From the NCBI RefSeq assembly GCF_018350175.1, contig NC_058378.1, positions 45,074,001-45,138,000 on the forward strand: a DNA stretch of 64,000 nt, read 5' to 3'. Positions 27,001 through 38,226 of this stretch are shown one piece after another; position 1 is the stretch's first letter; every line of letters begins with the position of its first letter. Both the position numbers and the translations under genes were made by a program. The notes under the pieces are model-generated. The model was not told the origin of the DNA. It ran no database searches and was given only the letters and a program-made list of their open reading frames with translations. This stretch comes from Felis catus. Lineage: Eukaryota.

Positions 27001-27743
27001 AAGAACCATTGTTTTCTCCAGTTCACATCCCAGAAACTTCTGGAGCGATTCATCCATGCCATGTGAGGGTTAGAGGACGTATGTCCGTTATGGAGAGGAG
27101 TTCACTCTGTTTATCTGTAATACATTCCAAATGAACATCTTAAATGGTAAGACCACGCTACCCTAACATTTCCACTTAGTACAGCTTGACCAATAGTAGC
27201 CAGATTGAGCAGAAAGAAGACACAGTGAGGTCTTTCTAGCAGCAAGGGGGGCCTGGTACTGGCTTCCCAATCTTTGGTCGGGAATGGCCCAAATGCATCA
27301 TGCCTTGGGTTGGGATTAGTCTTGGCAACTGAGAGCCACATTGGGCAAGAGGCCCTGGCCAGAGCGAAGGGCAGGAAGGCCAGAGTCAAACCTGTGGTCG
27401 AGATAATAAAACACCAAGATACTTAATGAAAGCTATTAGCCTAGCCACCTCATACTACCAATGGAAAAAGTTCAAGAGAGGTGGTGGTTTACTCCAGGGT
27501 CAAGCTGTCAGTGGCAGAACGGCCTGGCACACACTTCTTTGAACGTTAATGTTTGAGCGCACTGAGCACACAGAGCTTAGTGGTAAATAAATTCTGAGGG
27601 ACAACTGTTTGAATTAATGACCCTTAGGAAACAAGGAGAAGGGCTGAGAACCCCGTTAACCCTGACAACCAACTCCCGTCCTTGTTCACTACCCAGTCCA
27701 ATCCAATTTGCTTATGGGGAAGAGTGTGTTCAACAAGTTTTGA

Positions 27744-27970
27744 GGGGCTCCTGGGTGGCTCAGTTGGTTAAGTGTCTGACTCCTGATTTTGGCTCAGGTC
27801 GTGATCCCAGGGTTGTGACATCAAACCCTGGCGTCAGGCTGTGCGCTAAGCACGGAGCCTGCTTACGATTCTCTCTCTCTCTCTCTCTCCCCCCTCCCTC
27901 TGGCCCTCTCCCCTGCTTGCGTGCACTCTCTCTCTAAAATTAAAAAAAAAAAAATTTTTTTTAATTAAAA
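27744..27970 (+). mobile_element. Can-SINE
   Basis: ggggctcctgggtggctcagttggttaag head, (CT)n, A tail. Confidence 0.92.
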
Positions 27971-28317
27971 AACCTCAAATATTGAACACCTACAAACATT
28001 TCCTGACAATTCGATGACGGCTTTCTCAAGCCAGTTTGCTCCAGGCTCTGTAATGTTTTTTAAAACCATATATCGATATTGCGGGAATAGGGGCAACTCT
28101 GGGCTGTGCTGTCTCCTCCCAAGATTCACATCACCGCCTACCGTGGAGGACTCTTGCGTGTTTTATGTGGAACTTAACTGAAGTCGTGAAGTCAAACACG
28201 GCCTGGAATGATGAGAGTCATGTTTATCCCAGAGTTTCATTTCCTCCATTTCTACTTACTTTACCAAATCTTTCTGCTCTCCACAAGTAAACCAGGCAGA
28301 GACTTGAAGGGCATTGC

Positions 28318-28323
28318 TTTATT
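28318..28323 (-). terminator. MMRN2: MMRN2 polyadenylation signal (AATAAA on minus strand)
   Basis: tttatt on + strand about 820 nt past the MMRN2 stop. Confidence 0.7.
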
Positions 28324-29141
28324 CCAGAGCTGATCATTATTGAGGAAGATTTTGACCATCTTCCTTCACTTCCTCCCTCAGCCTCCTTCCTGGTGAGAGA
28401 TGCTAATAAGATTGAGGGCGCTCATTAGCTAGTGGAGGAAGTGGGGAAAAAAAAAAAAGGTAAAGGCTGTACACATTTTAGTTCATGTTTGGATGCTTGG
28501 CCTTTATCTTCTGGCGGCAAGGAGAAAAAGAAGTGAAATTAAGGCTACAGATAAGTTCAAAGAAGGACTAAAACCGAAGAGAAGATAATAATTTTGTTCC
28601 TTTGGTCACTCAATGAGGCCTCTGTCCCTGTTGCTAGTAAAGGCCAAACAGGCTGGTTTTCTCCTACTGCCCTGTAGTGGGTAGAGACCGGTTTCCAACA
28701 TTGTCCAAAATGTCACCTCCGTGTGGAACGTTCCTTCCGGGAAAGAACGCTTTTCTGGCATAAGGTCAGGGAGAAGAAGCGGGAGAAAGGTTTCAAGTTT
28801 CCAACCCCAGGAGGAGCAGCACACCAAAGATGCCGTAAAACACAGGGTGTGGCAGAGAGCCGGAGTCCAAGCCATGCCGCCTCAGAAGGCGCGCCAAGCT
28901 AACGTTCACCCGTCCCGGGCCGGGTTCTGCCCAGAGAGGAGTATTCCGGTGCTTCTCGTCAGTAAGAAATAGCGAAACCCAGCGCATCTAGAGGGAGGCC
29001 ACACACATCACATTGTCTTTGCAGAAGTTTTCCAGGAAGAACTGGACCGGCTGGATGGTCTCCAGACCACCCCTGGCCAGGGCTCCAGGCCAAGGAGAGC
29101 TGGGCGAGTCCGCAACGTCTGGTCGGGGCCGTGTCCAGTGT

Positions 29142-29527
29142 TCAGGTCTTGAACATAAGGAATCCCCCGAATGTCGTGCCTGGCGGGTGTCTCTTTACTA
29201 CGGATCCCTGGGTTAACTCAAACCACACTCTCTCGCCTTTTTGCAGCTCGGCCATGGCAAAGGTTGTTGCCGTGCTTCCGCCCTTCCGCTCCTCAGTGGA
29301 ACCGACAGGGGTCTGATGGTGACCTCCAAACACCAGCTGCCCCGTACCTGGCCCGGGGCCAAATTCAATGCTCACTGCAAACAGGTAGACCCCGCGCTCG
29401 GGGGCTCGGAAGTAGCCGTGTTCGGGGAAGTAGCTGCTGCCAATGTTGACGTAGGTAGTGTTGAACTTCACTGTCTGCAGGGCAGTCGTCCCTTCTGAAA
29501 AGCTGGCATAGAAGGCCACAGGGGAGC
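29142..29527 (-). CDS. MMRN2: MMRN2 terminal exon 7, C1q-like globular domain
   Basis: ccag|GC TCC CCT GTG GCC TTC...ACC TGA, 386 nt; (G)SPVAFYASFSEGTTALQTVKFNTTYVNIGSSYFPEHGYFRAPERGVYLF...FGGFLMFKT*. Confidence 0.96.
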
Positions 29528-30279
29528 CTGGAATGCAGGACGAAAGCGCTCAGTGACTCAATCCCTCACTCCCTTAGACGGCAAATTAAACCCTGAGACC
29601 TGCCTTTCTCACCTTGTTAACAGTAGGAATAAGCCACTATTTCTAGATACCCTACGGGTTCCCAATAGCAACCTCAGACAGTGGGAGCCAACGGGCAGCA
29701 CTCACCATGTCACTGAGAGAAAGGAAAATACAAGTCTGTTGTCTCTCCTGGTGTACGTTTTTAAAAAGCACTTCCTCCTTTGCTCCCTTTTCCTTCCAGC
29801 ATCCTGAGAGGTAAGTACCCTTCTTTGAGGAAACTTTGAGTCTTGAGTGCTCACCCGGTTGTCCAAAGCTACGTGGCTTGCCAATGGCAAGCTGGGACAG
29901 GACCCGGGTCTCCGACTCCCAGACTACTGCCACCTACTGGGGATCTTGAGATCTCTCCAAAAGAAAATAACCCCTATCCTCAAGGTAATCATGCTAACGC
30001 TGGTGAGAGGATGAAAGAACCCTGAAGGGTCCTTCCTCCTGGATGTTTGGCACAAGACCTTAGAGACAGGACAGCAGGTAGGGCTGGGCAAGAAAACTCT
30101 TCGAGCTGGTCATCTTAACGTTTTCCAACCGTTGCACAGAGCTCCGGGATTACAGATGGGGACACGGGCCCAGAGAGGGAGCACTTGCTCCAGGTGACAC
30201 AGATCATAAATTACCACACTGGCAGCTGTCTTTGGATCTCCTGATCTCTGGTGCTCTTCCCATTGCAAGAAGCATTTTA

Positions 30280-30508
30280 GGGGCGCCTGGGTGGCTCAGT
30301 CGGTTGAGCGTCCGACTTCGGCTCAGGGCATGATCTTGCGGTCTGTGAGCGCGAGCCCCGCGTCGGGCTCTGTGCTGACAGCGCACAGCCTGGAGCCTGC
30401 TTCGGATGCTGTGTCTCCTTCTCTCTCTGTCCCTCCCCCACCTGTGCTCTGTCTCTCTCTATCGAAAATAAATAAATGTAAAAAAAAATTTTTTAAGAAA
30501 AAAAGAAA
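30280..30508 (+). mobile_element. Young Can-SINE in MMRN2 intron 6
   Basis: CpG-rich near-consensus body; perfect TSD aagaagcatttta. Confidence 0.95.
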
Positions 30509-32464
30509 GAAGCATTTTAGCCAGCCATAGGAGGACAAGCGAGATGAAGAGAACATAGGCGTGAGGCCTGCCAGGGCCACGTGCAGGCTTGGAGCCAGAA
30601 GGAGCCACTCTGCGTAGGGGGGTGAGCGTACAGTGAGGAAGGAGCCAACCTGGCTGCCTGGCCAAGACTCTCAGGCAGGGGAGGACAGGGCCAGGAGACG
30701 GGAAGGGTGAGTCCCACTGGGGTTCTGGCCATGACACTGGCCTTGGCACCAATGAGGTGATGTTCCTCACGTGCTCCCTCAACTCTCTATCTCTCTGTAT
30801 CTCTCTCTCTCCGTCTCTCAGAGGAGACCAAACTTCCCCATTTCTTAGGGGATAAAACCAAAGCCTAAAGGAGGGGCAAGCGGCATAGTGGTTAGTGACT
30901 TGATCCCACCTACAGCCCCAGCTCTTTGGCTCCCGGTCCAGCAATAGTTTTGTGAATGTCAAATTTCTGCTCTTCTTTAGTTCTGGAAGATTTTCTGAGA
31001 ATTCGGAAGTTTGGAATAGCTTTCCCATTTGTGGAAGATCACAGGCCCGCTGCTGGCTCTGCAGTTCACCCAGCGTCCAGGAGGTGGGGCGCTCGGCCAG
31101 CCGAAGGAATGCCCGCCCGGCGCGCCCTCTGCCGGTACTCGGCACTCTCTCCACATGCTGCAGCCGGCCTGCCGCCCAGAGTTCAGCCTTACCGACCGGA
31201 CCGCCTGGGCCCAGCCTGCCCCGCAGGAGGCTGAAGGGCTGTGCTTCACTGATTTGCTAGCTGGAAAACTGACAGTGGGCTTCCCTGCAGGGCACAAAGT
31301 GATTCTCCCATTTTACAGAGGGAGAAACTGAGACAAGGAAGTGGTGCTAGAGGCGGTCCACTGCCCCCAGGCACACGAAGGCCTCCAGGGCCGTGATGGA
31401 GAATGACAGGAGCAGGAAGAGCTTGGGATGGGATCCTCAGACCTCCCACATGCCAGGCTACACCAGCATACAGACAGCCCAGAGGGCAGCCCTGTACTCA
31501 GTCCTGTGTCTGGATGAGGATGTGGCCACAGCCCCAGGGCCAGCCTCTCTGGCAGGGGGGAGTCACTTGAGGCACGGAGTCTAGTGGTCTCCTTCCCCAG
31601 GCCACATTCAGGGAGGGGCCAGGATGGCTGGCTGCACATCACATCAGCCTCAGAGCCAGCTTCCCAGGCCCAGGGTCCCGGGGCCCTGCAGGGACCCGTC
31701 GTCAAGGGCCTTTCACAGGAGAAGAACCAGCATCCTAGAGACAGCTGGACAGGGTTCAGGACTCCCTGTGACACTTACTAGCTGTACGAACTAGCAGGAC
31801 ACTTGCCCTGACCGAGCCTCAGTTTCAGGTAAGATGGCAGTGATGACGGACTGTTGAGCTGTTATGATGACTCCGCGTGGCAAAGGCCACGGAAGGCCTG
31901 GCGCAGAGCAGCAACATGGGTCTACTATGTTAGCAGGACAAGCTCCTTTCAGGGCCCAAGGCCTTCCCCTGTATTCTCCTCTTGCCGAGTGCTGCCCATG
32001 GCCGGTGACACCAGTCCCTAGTCACATATTTGTATACAGGGGAGCTGATTAAAGACACAGGGGGTGAAGCAGGGTGGAGGGGAAGAAGAGCTGGGACGGA
32101 GAGATTTGAGGCTGTGGCCTGTGGGGAAGGGAGGCATCCCCCTCCTCGCTCTAGTGGCTGAGCGGCAGACAGCTCCGTGGTGTATATACGGGCCTCAAAC
32201 GTTTACATGGAGGGCCTCTGCCTGCTCATTGATGGTTGGTTCTGGTGACTTCTACCTGCTTACACTTCTGGTAGCTTAAGAGGCCCCTGGCCGTCAATGA
32301 AAGGGGGATCTGGGCAAAGCGGGCCCTGAGTACCCCTGAAGGATGCTCACCTTGTTCTCTTTCATCCGGTCTTCTCCGAGGCAAAAGAGCTGCCAGCAGC
32401 CAGCCCTGTCCTCCCCAACTTACCCAGCCGCACCCCCCGCCCCCCGCTTCCCTCAGGAACTCAC

Positions 32465-34210
32465 CTGCTTCCCAAAGCACGGGCCCTTTGATATGTGCAT
32501 CCGCCCTGGGCTCTGCTTCCTTCCTGTCCCTCCTCCGGGAAGCTTCCAGACCTTTCTGCCGCTTCTTCCCTTTCTTGCTCAGCATGGCCTGCAGCTTCCC
32601 CAGGTCCAGGCTGACGTTGACTGCCAAAAGCCCTTGGAAGTTTCCGAAGAGGTTGTGGAAGAGGCGCTGGTGCTGCTCCAAGTCGCGCTCGGTGGCGGAC
32701 AGCGCCTCCTGCAGGCCCTCCAGGGAGCTGTTGAGGGAGGAGACCCCGGAGGCCTCGCAGCAACGGCCCACCCTCTGGAGGTCGGCGTCCAGGCGCTCCA
32801 GCTCCTGCGCCAGCCCGGCGGGGACCCGCCCGCCGGCCTCCCCCCGCGACGCATCGCGGCCCCCCGCCGCCTCCGCCGCCTCCGCCGCCGCCTCCAGGGC
32901 CGCCACGCGGGCGGCCAGCGCGTCCCAGGCGAGCGCCTGCTCCTGCAGCCCGCTGGCGGCGTCCTGCAGGCCGACGCGGATCTGCTCGTAGCGCAGCGGC
33001 AGCGGGCCGGGCGCCTGCTCGGACATCTCCTCCATCACCTCCTCTCCGAAAAGGGCGGCCAGCACGGCCTCGTGCCGCAGCGCGTCGTCCAGCAGGGCCT
33101 TGAAGTAGCCGTGCAGCTGGCCGAGTTCGCGCCGCATCTCCCCGTGCGCCGCCCGCAGCGCGCTCGCCTCGCCGTCCAGCGCCCGCAGCTGGCTCCGCAG
33201 CCGCGCCCCGTCGGCCCGCGCCCGCTCGCCCTCCGCCCGCCGCTCGTCCACCGCCCGCGACAAGGCGGCCACGGCGTCGCTCAGGGCCTGCAGGGACGAG
33301 CCCTCGAGCCGGCGCCGCTCGTCCGGGCCCACCTGCGCCTCCTCCAGCGCCCGCGTGGCATTCAGGTCCAAGTAGAGCTTCTGGCAGTCGCAGTCCTTGA
33401 CGTACTTGATGAGGTCGGCGTTGGTGCCGTGCAGGTGATGGATGGTGAGGTTGAGCTCCAGGAGCTGCCGCTCCATCTCCTCCTTGTTCTCCTCCATGAT
33501 CAGCGACTTCTCCATCAGGATCACCCGCAGCTCGCGCAGCGCCGTGTGGTTCACCTGCAGCTCCAACAGCTTGTGCTCCACCTGGCTGATCTGATCGAAG
33601 GTCTCATCGGATTCCGAGTACAGCTCCTTGATCTCCTCCACGTGCTGCGCCAGGGTGGCCTGCATGTCCGCCAGGATGCCCCGCAACTCCTCTTCCCTGC
33701 GGCCGGCGGCCGCGTGCAGCGCTGAGAGGTTCCTCTGCAGCTGGCCCAGCCTGGCCTGCAGGCTCTCGGGCTCCGGCCTTGCTGCTGCCCCCGCCGCCGC
33801 GGGGACCAGGCTGCCGTTGGCCCCCACGGGCCCCTGGGCCTTAAGGAACCTCTTCAACTTGGCGTCCACATCTGCGTGTACCTCGGAGAGGGACTGCTGC
33901 AGGGAGAGGTGCTGGGCGTGCATGCGCTCCTCCACGTCCTGCCGCAGCTGTCCCACTCTCTGGGCGTTGTCCTGCACCTTGGTCTCAAATTTGGCACCGA
34001 GCTCCTGGAAGTCAGCTCTGGCCACCGTGCTCTCCTGGACCCCCCGGATGGCCTGCTGGTTGGCCTCCACGTCAAGAGAGAGGTTTCTTACGGCCTGGGA
34101 GAGGCTGTGCAGGCTTTGGTTGAAGCTGCTCCACATGGGGCTGAAATGCACACGCAGGAAGGCGTCCATGTGGGGCAGTAGCACCTGCTCCAGGGATCTG
34201 CCGGGAAACA
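32465..34210 (-). CDS. MMRN2: MMRN2 exon 6, long coiled-coil region
   Basis: tgcag|TG TTT CCC GGC...GAA GCA G|gtgagt, 1746 nt, phase 1-1; (V)FPGRSLEQVLLPHMDAFL...LWEA(G), includes ALRHEAVLAALFGEE and the basic KKGKKRQK stretch. Confidence 0.95.
32600..33950. other. Intragenic CpG island over MMRN2 exon 6 (limits approximate)
   Basis: Very high G+C with dense CpG (e.g. gcccgcgcccgctcgccctccgcccgccgctcg). Confidence 0.85.
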
Positions 34211-34376
34211 CTGCAACAGAGACATGTTTGTACACAAGCCCTGCAAGGAACAGACACCCCTCCCCAGGCAGGGACCAGAGGGGGCTCCTCTGAGACCTGG
34301 GCCTTCCTGCCCCGCCTTCCTCTCTCCCCTCAGATGCGAACAGGCTGTTGCTCCACCCCTGGAGCCTGCCACTCAC

Positions 34377-34529
34377 CAGGCTCTGTCTGATTTGCCTCCA
34401 TGGTCGCAGCTGTGACGTTGCTTTCCAGCGCCTTCCACAGGCCTGGGAGGCTGTCTGCCACCTGGTGAATGTCGTTCTGGAGATCCTCCTGTGGCACCGT
34501 GGTGTCGCTGATCTCTGCAGCCAGGTGGC
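34377..34529 (-). CDS. MMRN2: MMRN2 exon 5
   Basis: tcag|GC CAC CTG...CCT G|gtgagt, 153 nt; (G)HLAAEISDTTVPQEDLQNDIHQVADSLPGLWKALESNVTAATMEANQTEP. Confidence 0.92.
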
Positions 34530-35277
34530 CTGAAGACACACAAGGGATAAGTGTCGAGGTCTCACTCCCCAGACCTGGGCAGATCGTGAGGCACGGAGAA
34601 AGAAATTTCCAGGTTCGGATAGAAATATCAGGGAGCTGTGTGCTGACGTCCTGTGAGAGGGAGCTCAGAAGCCTTTAGCTCCAGAAGGGGAAATGCTTGG
34701 CGCTTGAGCCCTCACCCTCACTGGGCACCCACAGCAGACACGCCTGATCAATCATGGCACACTTTTGTCCTCAGCTGTGTGGACATGGCCTCTCAACAAT
34801 CATCCTAGGCAGCCCTTGTCTAAAGGTAGGAGTTCACCGCACGATGAAATTTATTTGCCACGTCGGCCGTGGTCCGGTCTTGAAAGGCCTCACGGTTGGT
34901 GCCTCTTGGTGGTTCTGTGCTGACTATACATACACCAAGGCTAGCACGACTTTCTGGCCCTGGTTAGGAGACATGGGGGAAAGTTTCTTCCAGGCCATGG
35001 GATCTTGTCCCATTCAAGGGGCAAGGTAGGTGCTGGATGAAGCTATCCTTCCCAGAAAATGCAGTCAAGGGAAAGGGTGTGTGTGCTTAGCCAACAGGCA
35101 GTGACCGAGGGCCCTGTGGCTCTGCCTTCCTTGGTGTGGGGGGGTAGGGTGATACAGGGCCACAGAGGGACCCCTGTTGATTCTGGGCAGAGTTTTCCTG
35201 AAATGGCCTGGGCATGTGGGTTCTTTCTGCCTGCCTGCCTGCCTGCCCCTCCTGTACCTTCTAGGAAAGCAGCATAC

Positions 35278-35358
35278 CTGGTTCAAAGCCGACTGGCCCA
35301 TCCCAAGACTCCTGGAGGCCATCCCCTGGATCTTCGGGCTCAAGGACTGCCGTGGGAT
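35278..35358 (-). CDS. MMRN2: MMRN2 exon 4
   Basis: tgcag|AT CCC ACG...CCA G|gtatgc, 81 nt; (D)PTAVLEPEDPGDGLQESWDGPVGFEP. Confidence 0.9.
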
Positions 35359-35457
35359 CTGCAGAGAGGAGGCAACAGATGTTGACACCACAGGTCAGAG
35401 GAGCTGCCTGACCTCTGGGTCAGAGGTTGAAGGGGAGGGAGCCACAGCGAGCCCTAC

Positions 35458-35564
35458 CGTAGTGTCGGCAGTCAGGGCCTGAAAAGCCTGGGCAGCACTT
35501 CCAGGCCACGGAAGCCAGAACCTTCTGCTTGACCTTGTACACCGGCTTGTGTATCATGCGGTAC
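35458..35564 (-). CDS. MMRN2: MMRN2 exon 3, C-terminal half of EMI domain
   Basis: ccag|G TAC CGC ATG...TAC G|gtaggg, 107 nt; YRMIHKPVYKVKQKVLASVAWKCCPGFSGPDCRHY (WxCCPG motif). Confidence 0.95.
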
Positions 35565-35656
35565 CTGGGGAAAGATGGCCAGCTCAGTGACTCCAGAGTG
35601 AGCCAGTGTAGGACTTGGGTGGGTGGCCCCCCTTGCCCCATCCTGCCCCCACTCAC

Positions 35657-35785
35657 ATGACTTTGACTTTCTGGCAGTCCGGAGTCTCCTGTGGACATGG
35701 CTGCTGCGAGTGGACAAGGAATTTCTCTGTTTTGCAAGCAGCTACAAAGGTGACCAGCCTAGACTTCTGGTAAGGGCACCAGTTA
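35657..35785 (-). CDS. MMRN2: MMRN2 exon 2, N-terminal half of EMI domain
   Basis: ccag|T AAC TGG TGC...GTC AT|gtgagt, 129 nt; NWCPYQKSRLVTFVAACKTEKFLVHSQQPCPQETPDCQKVKVM. Confidence 0.95.
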
Positions 35786-37841
35786 CTGGAAAAACAAGCC
35801 AGAGGAGAGGGCTGCTGAGCCACACCCGGGTCCCACATGACCCTTCCTAGGTGCCAACAGCGGTGCCAGTGCCCCACTCCTGCCTCCCTGCCCCACCCAA
35901 TGCCTGGGATTCTAGAATCCATTATCCTGAGAAGGGAGCACTCTGCATTATTTATCCCTCGGCCCCTGGACAAAGGCTCCACAAACCCTGCCTGCAAGGG
36001 CACCTGCTCCACTGGCTTCCAGGGGCCAGCACAGAGAGGCTGACAAGCACCCCCAAAATCACACAGAGCCAGGAAGGCCTCTTGCTGTCTCTGTTGGTGC
36101 CAGGGAAGCAGCATCATGCCGCTGGGGCTGGAGAGTCCCGGGTTCAAGTCCTTCGCACTCTGACTTTGAGTGAGGCACTTAGGGAGTTTCCACTCTCCCA
36201 TTTATCAGATAGAGATCATAATACCCTCCTCCAAGTGGGCGGATGGGAACCAAGTGCCGGGATCCTGACAAGTGCTCGGCGATCACTGCCGCCCTGCCCT
36301 GTTACACTCACATCTGTCTTCACCGCAGACCAGGCTTCAGGGAGGACACCTGCTCCCTGTCCATTCCCCATTATGGCCATTATGGAAATGGACTTTCAAA
36401 CAACTGTGGGAGAAGGCAGCTGAGTGGAGCAGCCCCTTCTCTGGGAAAGAGACTACAGGGTAGTTTGGGGGTCACATTCAGCACCCTGAATGCCTGAGAG
36501 GTAGCCTCTCCATCTACATTCTTTACGAGTGCGTGTTGTTGCAAGTCCCAGGAGCAGGGGGTGCTCATGGCTGACACAGCCCCAGCTCACTGACCCGGTG
36601 GCAGGCTTGATGGGGTCAGCAGAATAGATCAGAGGGTCCTTCCCCCAGCAATCAGCTCCCAGAACGGAGCTCTCCAGTGCTGCAAGCGGCAATGACCTCC
36701 AGGGCTCAGTTCAGCTCAGCACCCCTTGGGTATTGGGTACCGGGCTCAAGCTGAACAGGATTCAGTGCCAATATGGAGTAACAGACCTTCCTTCCAGGGT
36801 CCCCAGGGAGAGCAGGCCATCTCAGATGGTGTGGAAGGTGCCAGGACCCGGGGAGACTTTCAGAAGGAGGTGATAACTTGGCACCAGGAACTGTGCCAGA
36901 GATGTGTGGCCCACTGAGATGCAGAGGGTTGGGGCAGGGAAGGGGCTGCTGAGGTAAGGAGAAGCCAGAATGTGGAGGCCTTGAGCTCCTACGGAGGAGC
37001 TGGACTGTGTCCTGAAGGGACAGAAAGTTGTGGAGGGGTTTGAGCAGAGACGTCACACATGAAAGGGCCACCTTGGTTCCTGGGTACAGAAAGGCCAGGG
37101 AGAGGTGAGGTATAGGTGGCTGTGTCAGGGATCTAGGTGGGAGATTCTGGCAGGTTCCATGGGTGATGGTGGTGGATGTGGAGAGAAATGGCCACACTCG
37201 TCAGATATTAGGAGGCGGTGTTCGAGGGCCTTGGAGATGGAGTGGCCATCAGGTTAGGATTTTATTCTCTGGACCTGGTCTCTGTCCTGGGACCACCAGG
37301 CACCACCACACGGGGATTCTGCTGAGGAGGGCAGGGGGTAGGATTGAGGGGAATTGAGTGACCATATCTGTCTTGAGGGCTGAGACCCCCAGCCTGACTT
37401 CCTGCTTGGCTCCCAAAAGCCTGGCAGCCAGCCTTTACCCTCTTGGTAGCAAACTGAAAAAGCCCATCGGGAAAATGACCCCACTCAAGAGGAAAGACCT
37501 AAAAACAATGACATCAGGGGCTCCCCCAGTGAAATAGCCCAGCAGAGCACATTATGACAAAAGAGGTTAGAAAGACCCATCCACACATCCAGCTTCCAGT
37601 GGGCTTCTTAGTCTGTCTGCTCTCAAGTGGGCAGATGTCCAAGATGACTCCCGAGAAAAACCTCTAGTACAAAAGAGGGAGATCGAAAACAAACAATTGG
37701 AAAAAAAAATCAACTTGGAGAAAACCAACACTGTGCAGAGAAGTCCCCCAAATTTGTATTCACAGCTCCAGATCTATAAGAGAAGTTACTGCATCCAAGA
37801 AACAAGAACAGGAAGCTATTAAAAAATAGGATGAACATATA

Positions 37842-38046
37842 GGGGTGCTATACAGGGTGGCTCAGTTGGCTCAGTGTCTGACTTCAGCTCAGGTCGTGAG
37901 CTTGTGGTTCGTGGGTTTAAGCCCCACATCAGGCTCTGTGCTGACAGCTCAGAGCCTGGAGCCTGCTTCAGCTTCTGTGGCTCCCTCTCTCTCTGCCCCT
38001 CCCCCACTCACACTCTGTCTCCCTCAAAAACAAACATTAAAAATGT
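37842..38046 (+). mobile_element. Can-SINE
   Basis: gggtggctcagttggctcag head, ctcagagcctggagcctgcttc body. Confidence 0.9.
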
Positions 38047-38226
38047 TTAATGGAAGCACATACAGAGAATGAAAAATACAACTGTTGGAAAATTAAAATA
38101 TAACAGTACACATGCAAGAGAAAATTAATAAAAATGTTAGAGGGTAAAGTTCAAAAAATTTCCCCAAAAGAAGAGCAAAGGGCAAAAGAAAACAGGAGAG
38201 GAAAGCTCAGGAAAACTGAAGACCAG

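Noticed and set aside
32343-33725. 460-aa plus-strand ORF (and 33628-34293) antisense to MMRN2 exon 6
   Set aside because: Expected shadow of a very GC-rich coding exon; starts at a weak context, low-complexity L/Q/R/P/G content, no recognisable domain
32226-34565. 779-aa ORF taken as a single-exon gene
   Set aside because: Only 32465-34210 is the exon; the ends are intron read-through and exon 5 is read in a different frame
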